Shown here in pieces: positions 57,661 to 64,000 of a stretch of 64,000 bases of DNA. Within the stretch, counting starts at the first letter, position 1, and each line of letters begins with the position of its first letter. The notes beneath the pieces are model-generated. The model saw only the letters and a list, made by a program, of their open reading frames with translations. It was not told where the DNA came from and searched no databases. Source of the DNA: Vicinamibacterales bacterium (GTDB taxonomy: Bacteria > Acidobacteriota > Vicinamibacteria > Vicinamibacterales > 2-12-FULL-66-21); contig DASTVZ010000224.1 of the NCBI GenBank assembly GCA_035758845.1, positions 151-64,150 of the forward strand, read 5' to 3'. The translations under genes and the position numbers were made by a program.

Positions 57661-57709
57661 TATCGGGATCCGGTGTGCGGGATCCGTAGTCCGGATCCCG
57701 GATCCCGAC
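57661..57709. repeat. GGATCC-core heptad array in inverted arrangement (cgggatccg ... cggatcccg)
   Basis: tatcgggatccggtgtgcgggatccgtagtccggatcccggatcccgac. Four GGATCC cores in 40 nt. Same family as the ybeY insert. Confidence 0.8.
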
Positions 57710-57736
57710 AAGCGACAGCCTCCGACCGCATCCCGA

Positions 57737-59386
57737 TCACTTCTTCACAGTCGGATACGCAATCCCCAACTGCTCGAGGTATGTCTTGTACTTCGCGGGA
57801 TCGTAGTAGAACTTTTTCATCTGCTCGCGATACTTATCCATCGTCGGCTTGTTCAGTTCGATGGCTGGACGGTCGTCCGGGCGGATAAGCGGTTCGTATT
57901 TCGTATCCTTCGTCTGCACGTTGCGGAAGTAGTCCCAGGCAGCCTGCACGACGGCTGGTTTCATCAGCAGGTCGATCATCGTCATCGCCTGCACTTTCGC
58001 ACCAGCAGTCACACCCTTGTGCGCGATCGGTGTCGCCATCGCGATGGCGTTCGCCCAGTTGTGCCCGGGCAGCCCTGGGATGTTGGCCGGATATCGCAGC
58101 GTAATCGTCGGGACATTCCACGAGACATCGCCGATGTCATCCGACCCTCCGCCGGTGTTTGTGGTTGCAGGGCCCTGAAGCGCAGCCGCGAGCTTGATCG
58201 TCAAGCCCGTTTCTCGCGATCCGAGTTCTTTCTGGAGCGCCTTCGCCAGCGTCTGATCGTCTTCAGTCCACTGCGGCAGTCCGACGCGCGTAATGTTCGC
58301 GAATGCCGCTTCCGCCACGGCCTTGTTGAAGTGCTGGGGCCAGGCCGACCCGAGCACGCGCGTGGGTAGAAGCTCGGTGCCGGTCATCAGCGCGGCGCCC
58401 TTGGCGATCGAATCGCCAATGGCCCACATCTCCTTGATCTTCTGATACGTCGTCTGCCGGAAGTAGTACCACACCGATGCCGTTCGCGGGACGACGTTGG
58501 GTTGATCGCCGCCGTCGGTGATCACGTAATGCGAACGCTGCTCGAGCGGCAAATGCTCGCGGCGGAAGTTCCAGCCGATGTCCATCAGCTCTACGGCATC
58601 CAACGCGCTGCGGCCGCGCCAGGGCGCTCCGGCGGCGTGCGCGGTCTCTCCGCGGAATGTGTAGAGCACTGAGACGAGACCTGTGCCCGATCCTCTATCT
58701 CCCCACGAGACGCCCATCTCGTCACCGACGTGGGTGAAGAGCGCGACGTCGACGTCCTTGAACAGCCCGGCGCGTACGAAGTACGCCTTGGTGCCGACGA
58801 GCTCCTCAGCGGTGCCGGACCAGATGCGCAGCGTTCCGGGAAGCTTTTCGCGCTCCATGATCTTCTTCACGGCCAGGGCCGCAGTGACGTTCAGTGGCTC
58901 GCCGGAGTTGTGTCCTTCACCGTGGCCAGGCGCACCTTCGATGATCGGATCGTGGTACGCGACGCCTGGCTTCTGCGACGCCTGCGGAATCCCGTCGATA
59001 TCAGAACCCAGAGCCAGAACCGGCTTGCCGGATCCCCAGGTCGCCATGAATGCCGTGGGAATGCCGGCCACGCCTTCCTCGACCGTGAAACCGTTCTTCT
59101 TGAGAATGTCGATCAGATAGCGGTTCGTCTCGAACTCCTGGAAGCCGAGTTCGCCAAAGCTGAAGACGGAATCGACCATCTGCTGCGTGAACACTTTCAT
59201 CGAGTCGATGTCCGCCACCGCTTCGCTCTTGAGCTTGGCGACGCGGGGTTCGTCAGCTGGCGGCGCCGGTGGACCCTGTGGCGCTGGCGACTGCGGCTGA
59301 TCGCCACGTCCCTGCGCCAGAACGGACGCGCCGGCGAGAGCGAAGATGACCGCAATCAATCTCACATATCTAGTCGTACCGCTCAC
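57737..59386 (-). CDS. secreted M20-family amidohydrolase (AbgB-like)
   Basis: GSDIDGIPQ ... GHGEGHNSG metal ligands. Start set to GTG 59386, preceded by AAGGAG at 5-nt spacing, giving MSGTTRYVRLIAVIFALAGASVLA. Confidence 0.8.
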   Translation of the reverse strand: MSGTTRYVRLIAVIFALAGASVLAQGRGDQPQSPAPQGPPAPPADEPRVAKLKSEAVADIDSMKVFTQQMVDSVFSFGELGFQEFETNRYLIDILKKNGFTVEEGVAGIPTAFMATWGSGKPVLALGSDIDGIPQASQKPGVAYHDPIIEGAPGHGEGHNSGEPLNVTAALAVKKIMEREKLPGTLRIWSGTAEELVGTKAYFVRAGLFKDVDVALFTHVGDEMGVSWGDRGSGTGLVSVLYTFRGETAHAAGAPWRGRSALDAVELMDIGWNFRREHLPLEQRSHYVITDGGDQPNVVPRTASVWYYFRQTTYQKIKEMWAIGDSIAKGAALMTGTELLPTRVLGSAWPQHFNKAVAEAAFANITRVGLPQWTEDDQTLAKALQKELGSRETGLTIKLAAALQGPATTNTGGGSDDIGDVSWNVPTITLRYPANIPGLPGHNWANAIAMATPIAHKGVTAGAKVQAMTMIDLLMKPAVVQAAWDYFRNVQTKDTKYEPLIRPDDRPAIELNKPTMDKYREQMKKFYYDPAKYKTYLEQLGIAYPTVKK

Positions 59387-59450
59387 GGTGACTCCTTTGG
59401 CTGCCGATGTGGCTGGAAGGATAGCAAACGATGTCATACTTAGGCGATCC

Positions 59451-60473
59451 ATGCCGCTTCTCGATCGTTTTAGCCGTCCGTTGCGGAGCCTCCGCATTTC
59501 GGTGACCGATCGCTGTAACCTGCGATGTCAGTACTGCATGCCGGAGCCGGACTATCTCTGGCTGCCCCGCGAAAGCCTGCTGACATTCGAAGAAACTGCC
59601 GCGATCGTTGACGCGTTCACGCCGCTTGGCGTCGATCGGGTGCGGATCACTGGCGGCGAACCGCTTCTCCGCCGCGATCTGCCGGTGCTTATCGAGTCAT
59701 TGGCGGCGAAGCCGGCAATCGCTGATCTTGCGATGACCACCAACGGGGTTCTGCTCGCGGCGAATGCATCGCGACTGCGCACCGCCGGACTGCACCGAGT
59801 GACCGTCAGTCTTGACACGCTCGACCGCGAGCGCTTCCGCGCGCTGACGCGGATGGATGATTTGCACGAGGTGCTCGACGGCATCGCTGCTGCCGCGGCC
59901 GCGGGATTTACGTCGCTCAAGCTCGACACCGTGGTGATCCGCGGCGTCAATGACGATGAACTGGTGGCGCTCGTCGAATATGCGAAGAGTGTGAATTCCG
60001 AACTCCGATTCATCGAGTACATGGATGTTGGCGGGGCAACGCGCTGGACACCTTCTGCGGTTGTGTCGAGGCGCGAGATCCTCGATCGATTGCGCGCACA
60101 CTACGGGGGTGTCATGCCGATTGCGGAACAGTCGTCAGCCCCCGCGGATCGATTCCTGCTGCCTGACGGGACGACGTTCGGAATCATTTCGTCGACGACC
60201 GAGCCGTTCTGTGCATCGTGCGATCGTAGCCGCCTCACCGCGGACGGTGTCTGGCTTCTTTGCCTCTATGCAGCCACCGGCACGGACCTTCGTCGCCCGC
60301 TACGCGCAGGGGCTAGCCGCGAGGATCTTCAGCGGTTGATCGAAGCTGTATGGTCGGTTCGTGCCGACCGCGGTGCCGAAGAGCGTCTCGGGATGGATCG
60401 CGAAACGACGCTTATCCCCGTCCGGACGCTTAAGAAAGACGCTCACCTCGAAATGCATACCCGCGGCGGCTGA
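59451..60473 (+). CDS. moaA: GTP 3',8-cyclase MoaA (radical SAM)
   Basis: Start ATG 59451 (MPLLDRFSRP). CNLRCQYC radical-SAM cluster and C-terminal CASCDRSRLTADG. Confidence 0.9.
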   Translation: MPLLDRFSRPLRSLRISVTDRCNLRCQYCMPEPDYLWLPRESLLTFEETAAIVDAFTPLGVDRVRITGGEPLLRRDLPVLIESLAAKPAIADLAMTTNGVLLAANASRLRTAGLHRVTVSLDTLDRERFRALTRMDDLHEVLDGIAAAAAAGFTSLKLDTVVIRGVNDDELVALVEYAKSVNSELRFIEYMDVGGATRWTPSAVVSRREILDRLRAHYGGVMPIAEQSSAPADRFLLPDGTTFGIISSTTEPFCASCDRSRLTADGVWLLCLYAATGTDLRRPLRAGASREDLQRLIEAVWSVRADRGAEERLGMDRETTLIPVRTLKKDAHLEMHTRGG

Positions 60474-60609
60474 TTGCGGATTGCGGAGTGGCGATTGCCG
60501 ATTTCTTGATTGGCGATTGCGGATTGAGATTGCCCATCTCAATCGACAATCTCAATCGACAATCGACAATCTGAAAATCCGCAATCTACAGTCCGAAATC
60601 GGCAATCAG
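60471..60609. repeat. inverted heptad array: about 8.5 GATTGCN units, a 5-nt loop, then about 10.5 CAATCNN units
   Basis: The array starts with the moaA TGA (tgattgcggattgcgg...). Its centre is a perfect 9-bp stem, gattgagat-tgccc-atctcaatc (60522-60544). It ends 2 nt before the sigma ORF. Confidence 0.9.
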
Positions 60610-60611
60610 CG

Positions 60612-61190
60612 GTGTCACAAACCCCCGCCCTGGAACGTTGTATAAGAGTGAGCGCATCAGGGCTGGTGGCGACGTATCCTTCGACCTACACGGCTCCAGA
60701 GGCGGTTGAGGCTCTCACCCCGACAGTCTCATCGCTGTTCGACCTGCACGCGAGTGGTTTGTATCGGCTGGCGCTTGCCATGCTGCACGATCCCGATGCG
60801 GCGCAGGATGTCGTTCAAGACACCTTCGCGCGTCTGATCGAACATCTTCGTCAGGGTGGACCGCTCACGAATGCCCGTGGATGGCTGTACACCGTCGCTG
60901 CACATGCCTGTCGGGATCGGCAACGAGGAAGAGGTCGGTGGTTGCCGTGGCTGATGGAGCGCGACACGCGCACCGCGGCTGAGACTCCCGATCGCTTCGA
61001 CGACAAGCAAGCCATGTTGCACGCCATTCGGGCGCTTTCGGCGCGCGACCGGATGCTCATCGCTCTTCGCGCGCAGGGGTTGTCCTATCACGAGATAGGC
61101 GACGCATCAGGCATCCGGTACACATCGGTCGGCCGGCTTTTGACGCGCGCGCTCAACCGTCTCGAGAAAGAGTTGCATCGCCGGAGCTGA
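60612..61190 (+). CDS. ECF-type RNA polymerase sigma factor
   Basis: Region 2 AQDVVQDTFARL ... WLYTVAAHACRD. Region 4 LSYHEIGDASGIRYTSVGRLLTRA. The start may be GTG 60648 or 60666 rather than 60612. Confidence 0.8.
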   Translation: MSQTPALERCIRVSASGLVATYPSTYTAPEAVEALTPTVSSLFDLHASGLYRLALAMLHDPDAAQDVVQDTFARLIEHLRQGGPLTNARGWLYTVAAHACRDRQRGRGRWLPWLMERDTRTAAETPDRFDDKQAMLHAIRALSARDRMLIALRAQGLSYHEIGDASGIRYTSVGRLLTRALNRLEKELHRRS

Positions 61191-61218
61191 TTGGGCCATC
61201 CGGCTGGGAGCATTTCAC

Positions 61219-62343
61219 ATGTCACGTTGTTTAACTGATGACCAACTCCAGGCCATCGCGGATCGCGAGGCCGCTTCGGAGGATGTGTCCCACGTCGAGC
61301 AGTGCCAGCGATGCGCGGAACGCCTTGCTGCGCGGGTCGGGCTGATGGCTCGCATTGAGGACACGACGGGGAGCGACGAACTTCCAGGCGCCGCCCGGAG
61401 TGCGATGCTTGCGCACCTTGCCCGTACGACAGCCGCTGGCGCAACCACACTACGGCCTGTCCGTCGTCTACGACGATGGGCATGGGCGATCCCGCTCGCA
61501 GCGGCGGCGGCGATCGCGCTCCTGGTCTATGTCATTCCCGGCATCGATCGGCAAACAACAGTGTCCGCGGCCGAAATCCTCGGACGCTCGCGATCCGCTC
61601 TTACCGCTCCGACTTCAGGTATCGAGGTTCTGACCTACGACCTCGAGCTGTCAGGCGTACTCGCGGATTTGATCCCCGAGGAACAATCAGGACGATTCAC
61701 GGTCCAGGAACTTGTGGATCACGATCACGACGGGCGGTATCGCATTGTCAAGCTGACCAGCAGCGGTCAGATTGTTGGTGGCGCGGCGGACGATCCGCTG
61801 CGCGGCACTCGCACGCGATACATGAGAGCCAACGGGCGTGGATATTTGTTGAGATTCGACGGAGCCGCACCCACCGCACTGTCGATTCCCGCGCTCAAGC
61901 GCACCGCTCTTCAAACCTTCATCGGTTTCATGCAAGCGAGCAGTACCCAGACGCTGCGGCAGGTTCAACGCGGCGCCGACGCGTGTTACCAAATCGACAT
62001 TCCGGGCGGTGCAATGGTCGGCGGTTCGCTGATTGCGCTCGACAGCGCGCGTGCCGTTGTCGCCGTCGCCGACTCGCGGCTCGTCGAATTCTCGGCGAGC
62101 GGTCGGATCGCGGACAAGCCGTTCATGATTGAATTCGCACTTCTCACCCAGGACATTCGCCCCGGTGATTCAGCCGAAGCGGCCGACTTCGATATCGCGG
62201 CCCAACCAGGCGACGTCGTCCTAGAGGGGGACGCCTCACAGAATCCTGTTTGGGATGTCGTGACGCGGGCGCTTCGTGCGATCCCGCCGGACACGGCCGG
62301 AGAACCGAAGCGCTCGGTCACCACGGACCATTCAAGGCACTGA
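61219..62343 (+). CDS. anti-sigma factor (zf-HC2-like N-terminus, one TM helix, large periplasmic domain)
   Basis: HVEQCQRCAERL motif and TM helix WAWAIPLAAAAAIALLVYVIPGI. Lies immediately downstream of the ECF sigma gene. Confidence 0.65.
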   Translation: MSRCLTDDQLQAIADREAASEDVSHVEQCQRCAERLAARVGLMARIEDTTGSDELPGAARSAMLAHLARTTAAGATTLRPVRRLRRWAWAIPLAAAAAIALLVYVIPGIDRQTTVSAAEILGRSRSALTAPTSGIEVLTYDLELSGVLADLIPEEQSGRFTVQELVDHDHDGRYRIVKLTSSGQIVGGAADDPLRGTRTRYMRANGRGYLLRFDGAAPTALSIPALKRTALQTFIGFMQASSTQTLRQVQRGADACYQIDIPGGAMVGGSLIALDSARAVVAVADSRLVEFSASGRIADKPFMIEFALLTQDIRPGDSAEAADFDIAAQPGDVVLEGDASQNPVWDVVTRALRAIPPDTAGEPKRSVTTDHSRH

Positions 62344-62345
62344 CG

Positions 62346-63257
62346 TTGGCCGACGCGGTTCGTACTGAGTCGCTGACGAAGTACTTCGGGGCGGTCGTCG
62401 CGCTCGAATCCCTGAATCTGTCGGTCGCGGCCGGAGAGGTCTACGGCTTTCTCGGGCCAAACGGCGCTGGCAAGACAACCACGATCCGAATCCTGCTCGA
62501 TCTGGTCAGAGCGACGAGTGGCCGCGCGCTCATCGACGGGCTCGACTGTCGCGCAGCCAGCGTCGAGATCCGGCGGCGGGTCGGGTACCTGCCGGCCGAA
62601 ATGCCGCTCTATCGCGAGATGACAGGTGTCGGCTACCTGGACTTCCTTGCCGCGCTGGAGTCGCGCCCGGCGGATCTGTCGTTTCGCCGGAAGCTGCTGA
62701 CACGGTTCGATGTCAGCGACATCGACTTGCGGCGGCGCCTCGACCGCCTGTCGCACGGTATGAAGCGCAAATTCGGAATTATCCAGGCGCTGATGGGCCG
62801 CCCGTCGCTGCTCATTCTGGATGAACCGACGTCGGGACTCGATCCCCTGATGATCGAGGCGTTCGCCGAAACGGTCCATGAACTCAAAAGCGAAGGGCGA
62901 ACGACAATTTTTCTCTCGTCACACGTCCTATCTGAAGTTGAGCGTCTCTGCGATCGCGTTGGAATCATTCGCCGCGGTCAGCTCGTGCGGGAGACGTCGA
63001 TTGCCGATCTGCGTCGTGACACGCCGCGGCGACTCCGAGTGTTCTTCGATCGGCCGGCACCGCCGCTGCCTGCTGCGCTCGCGGGAGCCGTGCGCCGGAG
63101 CGGTGGCCGGCACTGGGAGCTCGAATGGTCGGGCCCACTCGGGAGCGCCCTCGATGCGATGCAAGGCCTGGCGGTGGCGGACATCGAGATCGAGCCGTTC
63201 AAACTCGAGGATTACGTGTTGCAGATCTACTCGGGCACGGCGGGAGCTCGAGATTGA
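62346..63257 (+). CDS. ABC transporter ATP-binding protein
   Basis: GPNGAGKTTT Walker A, LSHGMKRKF signature and LLILDEPTSGLD Walker B. TTG 62346 is the first start after the upstream stop. Confidence 0.85.
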   Translation: MADAVRTESLTKYFGAVVALESLNLSVAAGEVYGFLGPNGAGKTTTIRILLDLVRATSGRALIDGLDCRAASVEIRRRVGYLPAEMPLYREMTGVGYLDFLAALESRPADLSFRRKLLTRFDVSDIDLRRRLDRLSHGMKRKFGIIQALMGRPSLLILDEPTSGLDPLMIEAFAETVHELKSEGRTTIFLSSHVLSEVERLCDRVGIIRRGQLVRETSIADLRRDTPRRLRVFFDRPAPPLPAALAGAVRRSGGRHWELEWSGPLGSALDAMQGLAVADIEIEPFKLEDYVLQIYSGTAGARD

Positions 63258-64000
63258 TGCTGTTTGCCCTCTTCCGGCGATCGTTGGCGCGGCATCGTGC
63301 GCTCATCGTCGCGGTGGCAGCCCTTCTCTCCGCGTTTCAGATCCTCGACATCGTCGTTGCCTACAACCTTCAAGCGAATGGGATTTACGCACAGTTCGCG
63401 ACGCTGGTGCCCGCATTTATCCAGGAAGCGATGGGCGGGGTGCTGGTTGGATCGTTTCCTGGCGCCATTGCACTCGGGTTTGCTCACCCACTTGTCATGT
63501 TGTCGCTGTCCTGCGTGGCGATCTACCTGGCGAGTGAACCGGCCGGAGAGGTCGAAGACGGTCTCGTCGACTTGGTCGTCGCGCGTCCCGTTCCGCGATT
63601 TCTGATCGTCGCCCGCTCCACACTCGTCTACCTCGTCGGCAGCGCTGCGGTGGTTGCAGCGATGTTCGTGACCAGCCGCATCACGGTGCGGGCGCTCTCG
63701 CCGGCGACCTTGACCGCTCTGCCCGCGGTCCGTCTGGCCTGGGTCGCGGCAAACCTGCTTGCGATCGTCTGGTGCTTCGGGGCGGCGGCGCTGGCAATGG
63801 CGGCGCATGTCCGTGAACGCATGCGCGCGGCCGGCACCGTCGGCCTCGTCGCCATCTTCCTCTATCTACTGCAATTCGGCGCCACCGCGTGGAATCCCTT
63901 ACGACCAAGCGCGCGGGTTTCACCTTTTCATTACTACGAACCGATGAGAACGTTGTTGGGAACGGTGTCGCCAGCGAAGGACGTCGTCGGACTGCTTGCC
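63257..64000 (+). CDS. ABC-2 type transporter permease; its 3' end runs off the right edge
   Basis: Missing from the ORF track because there is no stop in the window. ATG 63257 overlaps the TGA of the ATPase gene. Manual translation MLFALFRRSLARHRALIVAVAALL... gives several hydrophobic helices. Confidence 0.7.
   Translation, partial: MLFALFRRSLARHRALIVAVAALLSAFQILDIVVAYNLQANGIYAQFATLVPAFIQEAMGGVLVGSFPGAIALGFAHPLVMLSLSCVAIYLASEPAGEVEDGLVDLVVARPVPRFLIVARSTLVYLVGSAAVVAAMFVTSRITVRALSPATLTALPAVRLAWVAANLLAIVWCFGAAALAMAAHVRERMRAAGTVGLVAIFLYLLQFGATAWNPLRPSARVSPFHYYEPMRTLLGTVSPAKDVVGLLA

Noticed and set aside
52471-57709. Clusters of GGATCC (BamHI) sites and the CTCGAG (XhoI) centre at 14583 as signs of linker or cloning-vector contamination.
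   Set aside because: The sites are embedded in longer degenerate periodic arrays. The ybeY copy is in frame within an otherwise intact conserved gene. Flanking sequence is ordinary chromosomal DNA with no vector-like genes.

Overview
Visibly GC-rich bacterial chromosomal segment. Gene content and style suggest an Acidobacteriota or Gemmatimonadota-like soil organism, but that is inference only. I support about 62 protein-coding genes, nearly all on the minus strand. Two of them run off the window edges and are missing from the ORF track. The right half (34-60 kb) is housekeeping: mutL, corA, ppdK, glyS, glyQ, recO, mgtE, era, a corC-like gene, ybeY, phoH, aspS, hisS and moaA. The stretch 8.4-34 kb is a mosaic of small secreted, detoxification and carbohydrate-related enzymes (ThuA, DUF1080, tannase, two large amidohydrolases, GNATs, VOC, DinB, an FG-GAP protein). 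There are two ECF sigma/anti-sigma modules, one followed by an ABC-2 exporter. I found no rRNA, tRNA, CRISPR array, transposase or integrase. The most unusual signal is not a gene. About half of the longer intergenic spacers, and a few permissive sites inside CDSs (a ybeY loop and the MutL linker; the Era C-terminal tail carries a separate in-frame 9-nt repeat), hold short-period tandem arrays with 7-nt or 10-nt units. The unit families are GATTGCN, CCGGGAT/GGATCC, GGTTCTNNNN, GCTGAAT, CTGGCTG and CAGAG. The arrays usually sit right at a stop codon and often come as two arms in inverted orientation, so they can fold into long imperfect hairpins. They resemble cyanobacterial STRR heptamers or enterobacterial REP/BIME elements in position, but not in sequence or architecture. 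I regard them as the candidate undescribed system. Secondary observations are a patatin-like protein with a Ser-to-Gly nucleophile change and a transmembrane insertion, Gly/Arg low-complexity inserts in three secreted enzymes, a likely frameshifted membrane-protein gene, and an AT-rich 336-bp spacer.
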